Virus record (IMG/VR): IMGVR_UViG_2703718836_000001
Source: a virus
Lineage: Duplodnaviria; Heunggongvirae; Uroviricota; Caudoviricetes
DNA length: 22,661 nucleotides
Strand: one strand, 5' to 3'
A model generated the notes under the pieces. That model did no database searches, was not told the origin of the DNA, and worked only from the letters and a program-made list of their open reading frames with translations. The position numbers and the translations under genes are program-made. Shown piece after piece: positions 1-10,187 of the stretch (the stretch's first letter is position 1; each line of letters begins with the position of its first letter).

Positions 1-304
1 CTTCTCCCAAACCAAGGTTTTCGAGAGCCGTTTTCACCGTGCCATCCGATTTGATATCGCCAAACGGATTCTTGCGGCTTAACAGCAGCGCACGAAGCGC
101 GGTAAGCAGCTGGTCATGCCGCCCCTTCTCCAGGCTGGCACCGGATGCCTCCACCACGCTGCAGAGTTCTTCCTGCAACATGTCAAAGTAGTCATCATCC
201 AGATCGGTGGCAGGTGTGCCGGTCTGGGGGTTACCACGGGTAAAACCGTTCTTACCCGCGCCGAACTTATCCTTCTGCGCGGTTTTCGTGTCTATACGAT
301 GCAT
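1..304 (-). CDS. Tail fibre protein, N-terminal part only (gene continues beyond window start)
   Basis: ATG at 304 preceded by GGAG RBS 6 nt upstream. My translation begins [74 protein letters not shown], which resembles the conserved N-terminal baseplate-attachment domain of Mu S / P2 H type fibres. Sits directly downstream of the gp48-like gene as in Mu tail modules. Confidence 0.6.
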   Translation of the reverse strand, partial: MHRIDTKTAQKDKFGAGKNGFTRGNPQTGTPATDLDDDYFDMLQEELCSVVEASGASLEKGRHDQLLTALRALLLSRKNPFGDIKSDGTVKTALENLGLGE

Positions 305-307
305 GGA

Positions 308-892
308 TTACTCCGGATATTTAAAAATTACGTAGGTATGCGAAGGGCAGAGTTTGTTAAGCACACACTCGACAACGGTGTCGCCCCAGATACGCAGTGC
401 GGAATCACAGGGATCACCACATGTCATCCAGGTGGTGTTGGTGGCAGCTGGCATGTTGACCTGCCAGTAATACCGCCATTCCGGCGCATTCACCGCGTCA
501 GTACAGGCCGATGAGCAGGTGAAGGTGCTTTTGTCGTATCGCGTGATGGTGGCATCTGGTCTGCCCAGGGCAGCAAGCTGTGCAAGATAAAAATCCTCGT
601 TGATGCCGCCCGCCAGGTTAACCTTCGCATCCAGCCGCTGCTGACGCTGGCGAAGGGTCTGTGTCCCTGCGGGAATACATTCATCCGGCAGGCCGCACAG
701 ACGCTCCCAGCGGTTTATCAGTTCGGTGGTGGTGCGCGGATCCAACTCCCGCATCAGGGCATCCGCACGCTGATGAACACGGGTTAATGACGGTGCTGCA
801 CCGGCAATCGCCGGATCGCTGGCTGACCACGCCGGACCGGGCGGCAACAGTGCTGACAACAGACGGATGTAATCATCGTTTGTCACGTCCAT
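308..892 (-). CDS. Mu gp48-like tail/baseplate protein (DUF2313, YmfQ-like)
   Basis: 194-aa ORF with N-terminus [22 protein letters not shown] typical of the family; position after the baseplate J gene. Confidence 0.7.
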   Translation of the reverse strand: MDVTNDDYIRLLSALLPPGPAWSASDPAIAGAAPSLTRVHQRADALMRELDPRTTTELINRWERLCGLPDECIPAGTQTLRQRQQRLDAKVNLAGGINEDFYLAQLAALGRPDATITRYDKSTFTCSSACTDAVNAPEWRYYWQVNMPAATNTTWMTCGDPCDSALRIWGDTVVECVLNKLCPSHTYVIFKYPE

Positions 893-1941
893 GAAATCGT
901 CCCCAGAACCGCCAGTTCGTTTTTCGCAATGGAGATATTGTCTGCCGGTGCAAGCAACTGATGGCTGTATTCCCCGTTCGCACCGGAAATCGCTTCACTG
1001 ATACGCGACACCTTCAGCTCTCCCTGCGGATAACCATCACGCAGCAGGAACGAACGCAACTCCGCGGTAATGGCAGCCCGTATTTCTGGTGTGTCCGGCG
1101 TCACGCGGATATGAAAATCCACTTTATGCGCCACCGGCCTGAATACATACAAATCAGAGCCTGCCACCGGGGCCAGTGGCTCAATGTGTTGTCTTGCAGC
1201 CGTTTCCGTTGATTCTTCCGGAATGGGATTAATCAGGTCACTGCTGGCAATCATCACACCGACAGTCCCCGTTCCCATCCAGTGGCGGTATGTCCATGCA
1301 CGGGTAATGCCTGGCACTTCTTTAGCCCAGACGACATAGTCCCCGTCAGCCCCGCCCTGAAGCGTCCAGTAATACCGCTCAATGACGCGGGCGCGCCACG
1401 TTTCCAGCTCTTCAGTATCAAATCCGCCTGTAAGGGTGTCAGCCACACCGGAAGACGGCAGACCATTCACCGGCGTGACCAGGATTAATGCCGTACCGTC
1501 GTCAGTGTTACCGACCGCACCTGCACTTGAGCAGGCGATCGGCACGCGCAGGACACCACCGGAGCTGGTTGCATCGTCAGTTGTCGTGTACTGCACCAGG
1601 TCATCGCGCTGAATAACACTCCCGGCGGTCACCTTCAGGCCATCGCTGACACCTTCCCAGCGCATATACCCGCTGGCAGCCGTGGCCCCCTTGCGCGGAC
1701 ACCGTTTCATCGCAGCATGTCGCGCCAGCCAGGACTCATCGCACAGGTCAGGCAGCATGTTCATTGCCAGATAATCGATGTAACCGTAAACCGTATGCAG
1801 CGCCGCCGCATACACCTTTGCCCGCACGTCTTCATCCATGCGCCGGAGCGTGTCGCTGACGTCCAGCCTGGCGAATAAATCGTTACGGAGCATACTGATA
1901 TTTTCTGCCAGCGTCGGGCGCTGAAATTCACTGTCCGCCAT
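883..1941 (-). CDS. Baseplate J-like protein (Mu gp47-like)
   Basis: 352-aa ORF; size and position match baseplate J family; ATG start at 1941 overlaps the upstream gene end. Confidence 0.8.
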   Translation of the reverse strand: MADSEFQRPTLAENISMLRNDLFARLDVSDTLRRMDEDVRAKVYAAALHTVYGYIDYLAMNMLPDLCDESWLARHAAMKRCPRKGATAASGYMRWEGVSDGLKVTAGSVIQRDDLVQYTTTDDATSSGGVLRVPIACSSAGAVGNTDDGTALILVTPVNGLPSSGVADTLTGGFDTEELETWRARVIERYYWTLQGGADGDYVVWAKEVPGITRAWTYRHWMGTGTVGVMIASSDLINPIPEESTETAARQHIEPLAPVAGSDLYVFRPVAHKVDFHIRVTPDTPEIRAAITAELRSFLLRDGYPQGELKVSRISEAISGANGEYSHQLLAPADNISIAKNELAVLGTISWT

Positions 1942-2356
1942 GCGTTATCGCACTCCACAGATCATCAAAAGAAATCATTACCGGTCCGTCACGACGCCAG
2001 AGAGTGATACTGTTACCCAGTTCATTAATCCCGGTGCGGCGGATATCCAGATCAATACGGGACACCACGCCGTCATCAATCATCCATTGCAGGCATTCGC
2101 GGATATACCCCCTTACCGTCTGCACCAGCTGATTGGTCAGTTTGCTGCGCTGAAGCAGCCACAGTCGGGAGCCGTAACGGTCATTCTGTACCGCAGGCCA
2201 GGTATCCCCCCACCATCCCATCGGGACATCGGCATTGTCATCAGGCTCCGCCCGCCGCCAGGTAAACAGGGAAATCACCACGGCGCGGGTCAGCGGATCC
2301 AGCGGTGCGCTGGCGCAGGTGCGTTTACCGTTCACCGTCAGCCACAGTTCCATCAT
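1928..2356 (-). CDS. Mu gp46-like baseplate protein (GP46 family)
   Basis: 142 aa; motifs RAVVISLFTWRRAEPDD and GSRLWLL match the GP46 family as I recall it; ATGA start/stop overlap with the upstream gene. Confidence 0.7.
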   Translation of the reverse strand: MMELWLTVNGKRTCASAPLDPLTRAVVISLFTWRRAEPDDNADVPMGWWGDTWPAVQNDRYGSRLWLLQRSKLTNQLVQTVRGYIRECLQWMIDDGVVSRIDLDIRRTGINELGNSITLWRRDGPVMISFDDLWSAITHGGQ

Positions 2357-2901
2357 GCCTCCATCGCTTTATCAGGTTTGTCGGTGTTACTGCCCTGACC
2401 GTTCTCTCTGTGACGATGCCCGTTATAGGCAAGCCGCATCGCTGACATGGTGGTACCGCCGGAGTCGCACAGGTCTTTCACCTGTCCGGTCACTTCAAGG
2501 TCCATTTCAAAACGTGCTTCAGGTGCATTGCGAAACGTGATCGTTTTACCTGCACCGTCCACCACGATCCCCTCCCGGGTCAGCGTCACGGACTGCCCCT
2601 GATCGTCATAGACAGCCACCTCACCCGTCTGCAGCCCTTTCAGGCGGTAGCGCCGGTCCGACACCGTAACAACCACCGCATGAGAACGGTCGCCATCAGG
2701 AAACAACACCACCGCTTCCGCACCGCTGTTTGCCCTTGCGGTAAAACCGTAGGGTTCAAGATGTTCAACCCCGGCTTTGGGTTCACCGGCAATCAGGGAC
2801 ACATCCACGGTCTGACATTTCGTGGCGGCACTGATGCTTTTCACCACTGCCCGCCCAATCAGGCCGAGGAGTTGTCGCTGCATGGCTTCAATCGTACTCA
2901 T
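2353..2901 (-). CDS. Baseplate assembly protein V / spike (Mu gp45-like)
   Basis: 182 aa; position between hub and gp46-like gene; ATGA overlap at both ends, indicating translational coupling. Confidence 0.7.
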   Translation of the reverse strand: MSTIEAMQRQLLGLIGRAVVKSISAATKCQTVDVSLIAGEPKAGVEHLEPYGFTARANSGAEAVVLFPDGDRSHAVVVTVSDRRYRLKGLQTGEVAVYDDQGQSVTLTREGIVVDGAGKTITFRNAPEARFEMDLEVTGQVKDLCDSGGTTMSAMRLAYNGHRHRENGQGSNTDKPDKAMEA

Positions 2902-3980
2902 CAGAACGGGTCCTCCTGTACTCTGGCTTTTTTCTTTTTCCGCGCGCCGGGGGCTTCGGGTTCAGGCAGATAAGCATCAGGTGGGCCGACACGGATTTCC
3001 GTCAGGGTGCCGTTCTGGTCCTGAGTAAACGTGACTTCCGAGACAAGCAGTTCGGTATTGTCGAAACCACAGACCGGCTCGAAGACAATCACCCGCTGGT
3101 TGGGCTGCCACAGCGTACCGTTACCCTGTCGCCAGCCCTGCACCACATAGGTGGTTTCATCAGTCCGCGCCGCCCGTTGTCGGGCTTCAAAGTCAGCACG
3201 GGCAATACAGCCTGCCCCCGTAGCCTGCCCTGTCTGCCTGATATACATCGGACGGTAACGGGCAATAAATGCGTCCTCTGTGCGGGCCCGCAGCGCGGTT
3301 GTGGTGACCTCACCGAAATCATCGTCGTTTCCGGCACGCTGCCCCGCCACCTGGTAAACAGAAAACCGCTCCCGGATACTCTTCTCCGTATCGCAGGAAA
3401 GGATGTTTTCCCCAAATACCAGCGCGGTATGTGCCCGCGTTGAGCCAATACCGCCAATCACCAGCCTGCCGTGCGGGTCGTCATAAGCCAGCGCCTGCTG
3501 CTGACCGAGTATTTTGTTAATCACCTCGATCACCGTTTCACCGTGATCAGGCTGGACATCAGGAATAACACCCGACGGCGCACCGCTGTTCACCACCTCA
3601 ATGCCGAAGGGCGCAGCAAGCGCCTGCGCAATCTGTACCAGTGATCGTCCGTTAAACTGTGTCGGTTCGGCTGCACAATCAATCAGGTCAGCGGTCAGAC
3701 TGCGTCCGGCAATACCGGTGCTGACCGAACGGGCATCGTAACGAACGGGCGTCGCCTCCACCCAGCCGGTGATCACCAGCTCATCACCAATCAGCACCTC
3801 CACTTTTGAACCGTTTTTAATGCGCGGCTGAAGCGTGGTAATACCCTCATCTCCCGGCCACTGGCGGGTGATCTCCACACTGAAATCCCGCGCCAGTCGT
3901 TCAACACCGGCACCGATGCGCACCGATGTCCAGCCATTCCACTCCCGGCCATTTACCCGTAGCGTGACGTTATCGTTCAT
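2901..3980 (-). CDS. Baseplate hub protein (Mu P / gp44-like, phage late control D family)
   Basis: 359 aa; N-terminus MNDNVTLRVNGREWNGWTSVRIG typical of the family; follows the DNA circulation gene as in Mu. Confidence 0.75.
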   Translation of the reverse strand: MNDNVTLRVNGREWNGWTSVRIGAGVERLARDFSVEITRQWPGDEGITTLQPRIKNGSKVEVLIGDELVITGWVEATPVRYDARSVSTGIAGRSLTADLIDCAAEPTQFNGRSLVQIAQALAAPFGIEVVNSGAPSGVIPDVQPDHGETVIEVINKILGQQQALAYDDPHGRLVIGGIGSTRAHTALVFGENILSCDTEKSIRERFSVYQVAGQRAGNDDDFGEVTTTALRARTEDAFIARYRPMYIRQTGQATGAGCIARADFEARQRAARTDETTYVVQGWRQGNGTLWQPNQRVIVFEPVCGFDNTELLVSEVTFTQDQNGTLTEIRVGPPDAYLPEPEAPGARKKKKARVQEDPF

Positions 3981-5305
3981 TGCACTGGCACCTTCAGAGG
4001 GATCACCGGCACAAAGCCGGGATGCGTAATGGCATTACGCCGGATAATGTCCGCGTCACGCGCCGCGTTATCAAACCAGGTCGCCGCCAGCACCAGCGCG
4101 GGTAAAACCTCATCCGGCGTGCGCTGAATGATCCGTGCAGACTGTTCAAGGCGCGTGTTGATATCCGCATTCAGATCTGCTTTCACCCGGCGCAGCGCCA
4201 GAAACAGCGCATCACTGGTTGTACGGGACAACTCCTTATCAATTGCCGTATTCAGTGTGTCGCGAATGTCAGTCAGTTCTTCCCACGTCGGCAGGTCAAC
4301 CGTGCTTTTCACCGCCGGTGCATTGTTCAGTGCCGGATGCGTGACGGAAGGCCAGCCAGTGCTCTGCGCGGGTGTTGTTGCCTGCCCCACTGCGGCATTC
4401 TGCATCACCGCGGAAGTTGTTGGCGCAGGCAATCGGGTGACGGCATACGCCGCTTCGCTGATTGCGGTCGTACGAAGGATGCTGGCAACCACGTTACGCT
4501 GCTGCGTCGCCGTGGCGGTGGTTTTACTGTCCGTTTTCCAGACGCCGCGCGGTTGCAGATCGCTGCCGAGGCTGACACCGGAAAGTGTTTTGATCATGGT
4601 GACCAGGTCGCTGGCGTTACCATAAAGGCGTTTCCCGGTACGCCACATTTTCTGCACCTGCTCAACGAAATTTTTGCCTGACGATGGCGGCGGCAGAAGT
4701 ACCGAGATATCCCCCTGCAACAGCCTGGCGGCATCCGATACGGCAGAATCCACCACTTTCATCGCATCAGAAACATACCCAAGCATTGTGCTGGCATTAC
4801 CGACGACGTCGTTCTGCACAAAATCTGCCACGCCATCGATACTGAAACTACTGAAACTGTCACTGATGCAGTCATCCAGTGCAGAACAGGATGACATCAG
4901 CGTCTGCGCCGTCGCCGCACCTGATGTGGGGTAAGAGAGTTCTCCCGCTTCGACAAACTTCAGGTCAAAGCGGACAATACGCCCTTCACTCTTCGATGTG
5001 CTGACCCGAACCTCTCCGTCAACACAGACTTTCAGCTCACCGTAAGTCGGATGGACAAGCGTGCCGGGACCGGGTTTATTCAGCGCGTCAATCAGGCGAT
5101 CGCGCTGGTCAAAGCAGTCATCTCCCACCACATAAGCCGTGATGGACGGGCGGAAAGTGACTTTTCCCAGATCTTCGGTATAGGGTTTGTCGCGGTTCGG
5201 GTATTCGTGCGTTTCCACACGACGACCGGTTCCCGCACTTTCTTCTTCAACCTTAAACGGCACACCGCGAAATGACGCGTCCTGAAGTCTGTCTTTCCAC
5301 GTCAT
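3977..5305 (-). CDS. DNA circulation protein (Mu N / gp43-like)
   Basis: ORF track gives 3977..5347; the internal ATG at 5305 has a GGAG RBS 5 nt upstream and yields N-terminus MTWKDRLQDASFRGVPF, matching the DNA_circ_N pattern. Start is uncertain. Confidence 0.7.
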   Translation of the reverse strand: MTWKDRLQDASFRGVPFKVEEESAGTGRRVETHEYPNRDKPYTEDLGKVTFRPSITAYVVGDDCFDQRDRLIDALNKPGPGTLVHPTYGELKVCVDGEVRVSTSKSEGRIVRFDLKFVEAGELSYPTSGAATAQTLMSSCSALDDCISDSFSSFSIDGVADFVQNDVVGNASTMLGYVSDAMKVVDSAVSDAARLLQGDISVLLPPPSSGKNFVEQVQKMWRTGKRLYGNASDLVTMIKTLSGVSLGSDLQPRGVWKTDSKTTATATQQRNVVASILRTTAISEAAYAVTRLPAPTTSAVMQNAAVGQATTPAQSTGWPSVTHPALNNAPAVKSTVDLPTWEELTDIRDTLNTAIDKELSRTTSDALFLALRRVKADLNADINTRLEQSARIIQRTPDEVLPALVLAATWFDNAARDADIIRRNAITHPGFVPVIPLKVPVQ

Positions 5306-5365
5306 ATAAACTCCGTACATAAAAAATCCCACCGGAGTGGGACTCATTAACAGATTAATTTTTCA

Positions 5366-7201
5366 TTACCTGCCAAAGCGCGTATAGCCAACATCATGGC
5401 TGACATCAAAACCGCTGGATCGCGTTTCCATAACCCGCATACCCGGAGGCGAATTCACAAAAGAGACCTTGATCTCACCATCAACTTTTGGCGCAGAAGC
5501 TTTGTTAATCATGAAGGGATTCGGGCCTGTGGCACCGGAGGCGTTGTTTGACTGAGCCAGATCCACCGCCGGATAAGGTGTGTATCCCCGCGCCGGTATT
5601 CCCGTCCCATAAGCATCATAAGCACCCGCGCCCCACTGCGCAGAGTTAATGGCATCGACCGTGTCACCGGAACTGTCGGTAAACCACTCAATAATTGGCT
5701 TCAGCTTGTCCCACATATCCTGAAACCACTTAACAACCGGCCCCCAGTTATTGATCACCATCCCCAGCGGCGACCAGGCAAAAACTTTCTTAAGGAGTTC
5801 CCGGCCAGCCTCAAAATAAGGACCAATGGTTTCCCAGAGCTTCTTGAAATAAGGTCCGACAACATCCCAGTTAGTGATAATTAATCCCGCAGCCAGGGCT
5901 ATCGCCGTCGCAATCATGCCAATCGGCGTCATCGACATGATCCTGCTGACAATGCTGATGGCACTGCCCACGCCCATCAATCCCAGTTTCAGAATCGCAA
6001 GACCGGCAGCAAGCCCGACGACGCCGCGAATAACCCGGGGATTTTCATCCGCAAACTTCGTGAATTTCTCCCCCAACTCCCCCAGCCATTGCGTGATATT
6101 TTTAGCGTCACCAGAAAATGCGCCGCCAATAGCCGCAAGGCCGTTGGCTGCGGTCCCCGTCATTGCCTCCCACAGGTTGGACAGCGTACCAAGCTGTGCC
6201 TGAACACGTTTATTCAGGCTGGCCTGTTTATTCATCTTCTGCTGGATCTGATCGTAGCCATCCTTTCCTTTATCGATCAGCGCATTGACCACCTGAAGGG
6301 TTTCGGCATCATCACCAAATATTGCCTTAAGTACACCGGTTCGCTTAACGTCGGTCAGTTTTCGCAGCTTTGCCAGTTGCCTGAACATGTTATCAAGACC
6401 GCCAAAACTCCCTTTGCCATCAGTAAAATCGAGCTGTACCCCGAGTTTCTGGCGGGCCATGATTTTATTGACGTCCCTGATTTTCTTAACGCTTAATCCG
6501 GACTGGATAACTTTTCGCAGGGCATTACCTGCCGACTCCCCGTTCATCCCCATCTGATCCATCATGACACTGATGGGGGCAAGACTCTGTGCAGCCTGAA
6601 GACCGTCCTTATTCACCATCTTCAGAACAGAGCTGGTTTTAGTGAAGAAGGACAGCATGTTGGTGTCGTCAACGCCCAGATAAAACGCCTTCTGAATTGT
6701 GTCGAACAGCCCCATCATGTCTTCTGAGGCCGTTCCGGTAGCATCCTGCATCTTTGCGGCAAACTCGGCAGCCGCTTCCGGTGTTTTTTTCAGTTGTACC
6801 GCAAGATAAGCTGTCGCTTTACCCACACCGCCCAGAATGTTTTCTGCCGGGATCCCCTGACGCACCAGCATCTGCATCATGTTCTGGAAATCAGCCGTTG
6901 TACCGGGTAGCTGGTTACCCAGGCCAATAGCCAGTTTATTGATGTCCTGAAAGCTCTTTCCAACCTCGCCGTTCGCATCCATCATGGCGACTTTCAGCCC
7001 GGTGGCGGCGTTTTCCTGATCGGCATAAGATTTCAGGGAAAGCGTCAACCCCGCTGCCAGTCCGCCACCAAGCGCCAGCCCACCCTGTGACGCTTCTTCC
7101 GCCTGGCGTTTAAATCCCCGGATTTTCTTTTGCATTTTCGACAGCGCGGGAGAAAGCCTGTCGACACCGGTGATCAACGCCTTAAGCTCAAATTCAGCCA
7201 T
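5366..7201 (-). CDS. Tail tape measure protein
   Basis: 611 aa, Ala/Gly/Leu-rich, internal hydrophobic segments, immediately downstream of the frameshifted chaperone pair. Confidence 0.85.
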   Translation of the reverse strand: MAEFELKALITGVDRLSPALSKMQKKIRGFKRQAEEASQGGLALGGGLAAGLTLSLKSYADQENAATGLKVAMMDANGEVGKSFQDINKLAIGLGNQLPGTTADFQNMMQMLVRQGIPAENILGGVGKATAYLAVQLKKTPEAAAEFAAKMQDATGTASEDMMGLFDTIQKAFYLGVDDTNMLSFFTKTSSVLKMVNKDGLQAAQSLAPISVMMDQMGMNGESAGNALRKVIQSGLSVKKIRDVNKIMARQKLGVQLDFTDGKGSFGGLDNMFRQLAKLRKLTDVKRTGVLKAIFGDDAETLQVVNALIDKGKDGYDQIQQKMNKQASLNKRVQAQLGTLSNLWEAMTGTAANGLAAIGGAFSGDAKNITQWLGELGEKFTKFADENPRVIRGVVGLAAGLAILKLGLMGVGSAISIVSRIMSMTPIGMIATAIALAAGLIITNWDVVGPYFKKLWETIGPYFEAGRELLKKVFAWSPLGMVINNWGPVVKWFQDMWDKLKPIIEWFTDSSGDTVDAINSAQWGAGAYDAYGTGIPARGYTPYPAVDLAQSNNASGATGPNPFMINKASAPKVDGEIKVSFVNSPPGMRVMETRSSGFDVSHDVGYTRFGR

Positions 7202-7612
7202 GTGTGCGTTTCTCCTGCTCTATCCTGTTTGCCTGACTGACCAGCAAGGGAATTTCACTGATCGGCATATTCAGCAATTCGAAGGGATTAATGCGCCAGT
7301 AGCTGGCGCAGTCAAAGAAGCGATCAGTAAGGTATTCAGCCGTCAGGCCTGGAGGAAAAAACCAGCCACAAGCCACGCCGCTGCATTCAGGTCTGCCGGA
7401 GACATCTGGTCGACAGAGTTTTGCGGCACTTTCGCCAACCGCACAATGTATTTCGATACCACATGCGCCAGAAGTCTGACGGACTCATCCTGATTCATCT
7501 GGTAGGGATACCCCAGCTCGCGGACATCTTTCCCGGTGGGCTCATCAAACTCCAGTACGGAGAGTGTCTCGCCATGAGCGGTAATCGGTTTCTTTAACTC
7601 AAGCTCTTTCAT
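7194..7612 (-). CDS. Tail assembly chaperone, long form made by programmed -1 frameshift
   Basis: ORF 7194..7376 is in the -1 frame relative to 7343..7612 and overlaps it; the overlap holds the slippery heptamer T_TTT_TTC; the extension ends next to the tape measure start. Confidence 0.55.
7343..7612 (-). CDS. Tail assembly chaperone, short form
   Basis: 89 aa between tail tube and tape measure genes; ends ...AGFFLQA. Confidence 0.7.
   Translation of the reverse strand: MKELELKKPITAHGETLSVLEFDEPTGKDVRELGYPYQMNQDESVRLLAHVVSKYIVRLAKVPQNSVDQMSPADLNAAAWLVAGFFLQA
7365..7371 (-). other. Slippery heptamer TTTTTTC (-1 frameshift site)
   Basis: Minus-strand GCT GGT TTT TTC CTC in the 0 frame; after a -1 slip it reads TTT TTT CCT CCA GGC..., giving FFPPGLTAEY, the sequence of the downstream ORF. 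Confidence 0.55.
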
Positions 7613-7968
7613 TACTGGTAATCCCCTTCTTCACCGTGGAACTCAAGATCGACCGTGCCTTCTTCGGCATTATGGTTCGCTTCGCCGTGCAGCCAGGCAG
7701 ACGACAGTACATAGACCTGACCGTTCGCCAGCTCGGCAGTGATGGTCATCTCATCAGACGAGGTGATTTTGCTCACCGGAAAATTCTTCGGCACCTTGAA
7801 GGTCCCTTTAACATAGGGCGCACGGTGAGTTTCCTTGCGGTCCACTGAACCGTCCAGGCCGATGATGTCATCATTGACCGTCCTGTTCATGGGCACCTCA
7901 ATGCCGCCGGTCAGCGATAGCTGCTGACCGTCAATTTTGAAATAACAGGTTCCCCCGATACGGGCCAT
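7612..7968 (-). CDS. Tail tube protein (Mu gp40-like)
   Basis: 118 aa directly downstream of the sheath gene. Confidence 0.8.
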   Translation of the reverse strand: MARIGGTCYFKIDGQQLSLTGGIEVPMNRTVNDDIIGLDGSVDRKETHRAPYVKGTFKVPKNFPVSKITSSDEMTITAELANGQVYVLSSAWLHGEANHNAEEGTVDLEFHGEEGDYQ

Positions 7969-9464
7969 TATGCAGACTCCTCTGAATACTGAAGACGGAA
8001 CTGGTTAACCACGGCAAAGACACGCAACTGGTTAACATAGTCAGGCGGGAACAGCGTGTTCAGGCGGTTCGGATCGCTGGCATCACGCTCCACAACCAGG
8101 TACTGCTTAAACAGTTCGTAGTTTTCCACGATCCCCGCACGCTCAAGCTGACGGTAGGTTGCCAGCAGTTCCCCTTTGATCACCGCCGGGGTGACAATCG
8201 CCTGACCGGGACCAAAGCGGGTACCGTCACTGGCAAGCTTGTGACGCCCGTACTTACTGGTAATGACGGATTTCAGTTTGCGCAGTACATACGCGCTGGT
8301 ATGCAGTGTCTCACTGTCGAGGTAGCTGTTATCCGCAACCCCGTAAGCGTTTTTCCTGTACGTGGTGACATCACGCTGAATGCGCAGTACCCCGCTTTCG
8401 ACATACGCCGTTGCCACGCCATGAGACAGCAGGGTCTGTTGCTCGGTCATCGTGAACCGTTTCCCCTTCGGCGCAGGCAGCATACCCACCAGCTCACCGG
8501 TCTGCGTGGGACGTGCCGGATCGTTGCGAATAAACACCGCTGCGCGGGCGGTACGGCTTGCCGCCAGCTCGTCGGCAGGCGTCTGGGTCTCTTTTTCGTA
8601 CCCCGCCAGGGTAATGTGCTGCTGGTTAAACTGGTCACCTGCGGTCACCAGTTCTGACAGCGTGCCGGTCTTTGCCGTATACACATGACCATACAGCTGA
8701 CGCGCATAGCTCCAGCGACCGCTGGTATCGTTCATCTCGGTCACCAGCGTGTTAACGGAGGCCGTGTCGTTGAACGGCAGGCCGATATAATCAAACGGCT
8801 CATCCGCCATTGCAGCCACCGCGCCGGTGAGAACAGGAGAGCCCGTTCCGGCGGTCCCCGTCGCCACGGCAATCTGTACGCCCGCTGGCAGCACTTCGCC
8901 CCCACCAAAGCCGTAGTAATTGAGGCTGACAGGAATTTCATTCCCGCAAAGCCCCTTATGACGCGCGGTCAGTGTGACCACGCCTGCCGAAGATGAAGCC
9001 GTAAACGGCAGGGCCGGAACGGCATTGATGGCATCTTTGATACTGCTGGCAATCGTCGTGACGTTATCGCCGTTGGTCACCGGAGCCTGCACGCGGGTAC
9101 GTCCCACATAGACATTCACCGTGCCGCTTTCGGTTGCTTCCCCGGTCACCGTCAGCGTAACCGTTGCCGCCGCGCCTGTGGCTTCCGGAACGGCAATCAC
9201 ATACAGCTCGCCAAACGGGTCGGTCTGGCGATAAGCCTCGACCATACGCGCCAGCTGACTTCCCGCACCACAAATCTGGCGTGCATAGTCTGCCGACGGC
9301 ATCAGTACCAGACTGTTGGCAACAATCTCTGCACCGTTATTGGCATGACCAATCAGCAGCGATGCTCCGCTGTCCTGTGCAGTATTCGCCGCCTGGTTAT
9401 CCATTTCCGCATAAAACAGCGGAACCAGCGTATTCGACGGAATGGTGTTAAAGCTTATCGTCAT
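7968..9464 (-). CDS. Contractile tail sheath protein (Mu L / gp39-like)
   Basis: 498 aa; N-terminus MTISFNTIPSNTLVPLFYAEMD; size and position typical for a myovirus sheath. Confidence 0.9.
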   Translation of the reverse strand: MTISFNTIPSNTLVPLFYAEMDNQAANTAQDSGASLLIGHANNGAEIVANSLVLMPSADYARQICGAGSQLARMVEAYRQTDPFGELYVIAVPEATGAAATVTLTVTGEATESGTVNVYVGRTRVQAPVTNGDNVTTIASSIKDAINAVPALPFTASSSAGVVTLTARHKGLCGNEIPVSLNYYGFGGGEVLPAGVQIAVATGTAGTGSPVLTGAVAAMADEPFDYIGLPFNDTASVNTLVTEMNDTSGRWSYARQLYGHVYTAKTGTLSELVTAGDQFNQQHITLAGYEKETQTPADELAASRTARAAVFIRNDPARPTQTGELVGMLPAPKGKRFTMTEQQTLLSHGVATAYVESGVLRIQRDVTTYRKNAYGVADNSYLDSETLHTSAYVLRKLKSVITSKYGRHKLASDGTRFGPGQAIVTPAVIKGELLATYRQLERAGIVENYELFKQYLVVERDASDPNRLNTLFPPDYVNQLRVFAVVNQFRLQYSEESA

Positions 9465-9618
9465 CGGTGTTCACCTTTTTATTCACGCGCCGGATATCAC
9501 CCGCTGCTTCACGGCGCAGCCAGTAGTTGTTCTCGTCAACATTTCGCCCTTCGGCGGGCAAAAGGTCGCCGCGGGCAGGATCAGGAACTGACCGCCCTTT
9601 AACAGGTTTGACAAACAT
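9448..9618 (-). CDS. Small protein upstream of sheath (Mu gp38 / DUF2635-like), absent from the ORF track
   Basis: Hand-translated 56-aa ORF MFVKPVKGRSVPDPARGDLLPAEGRNVDENNYWLRREAAGDIRRVNKKVNTDDDKL; ATG at 9618 with GAGGA RBS 5 nt upstream; its 3' end overlaps the sheath start. Confidence 0.45.
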   Translation of the reverse strand: MFVKPVKGRSVPDPARGDLLPAEGRNVDENNYWLRREAAGDIRRVNKKVNTDDDKL

Positions 9619-9626
9619 GAGGATCC

Positions 9627-10187
9627 TCAGAAAGGAAGGGTTATTTCGGTGTGATGTTCGATATCGCCGTCAGGCCCGTTACCGGGCTCGAGATAATCAA
9701 CATCAATCGCCAGCGTTTGCAGTTCATCCAGACTGTTCAGATCATCCTGCTGGCGGGTATCGTCTTCAGTCAGCTCGCTGATGACCGAAAAATCGAACTG
9801 ATAAATCAGCTCATGACGATTCAGATCCAGCAGCGTGCCGCCGTCATAGGTAATCGGGTTACCGCACGCTTCCGGGTTCCAGCCCAGCAGGGCCTTAAAG
9901 AGCATCTGCCGGACATCGTCCACCACATCATACGAGGCAAACTGACCGCGCTCATCACGTCCGTTACTCAGTATGACAACCACGGAGAAGCCCTCTTTCA
10001 GCTCCTGCCAGTAGTCGGTCTGGCTTTTGTTTTCTCCCGGAGAATCATCCCCCGGTACCACATACGCCGCCGGGAGTCTCAGCTTTCCGACCTCCGGCAG
10101 ATTTTTGAACTGTGCCGCGCCTGCCACCCGGTTTTCAAAATACGGGCAGCGGGCACGCAGCGCAGCAATAACAGGCGTCAGTTTCAT
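9627..10187 (-). CDS. Mu gp37-like virion protein (DUF1834)
   Basis: 186 aa; N-terminus MKLTPVIAALRARCPYFENRVAGAAQF resembles the family; sits between head-tail joining genes and the sheath. Confidence 0.55.
   Translation of the reverse strand: MKLTPVIAALRARCPYFENRVAGAAQFKNLPEVGKLRLPAAYVVPGDDSPGENKSQTDYWQELKEGFSVVVILSNGRDERGQFASYDVVDDVRQMLFKALLGWNPEACGNPITYDGGTLLDLNRHELIYQFDFSVISELTEDDTRQQDDLNSLDELQTLAIDVDYLEPGNGPDGDIEHHTEITLPF

Noticed and set aside
116-514. 132-aa plus-strand ORF
   Set aside because: Antisense to the tail-fibre start and gp48-like gene, both of which have recognisable family features and RBSs.
4128-4681. Two overlapping plus-strand ORFs (165 and 114 aa)
   Set aside because: Antisense within the DNA circulation gene; Cys/Arg-rich translations typical of spurious GC-rich frames.
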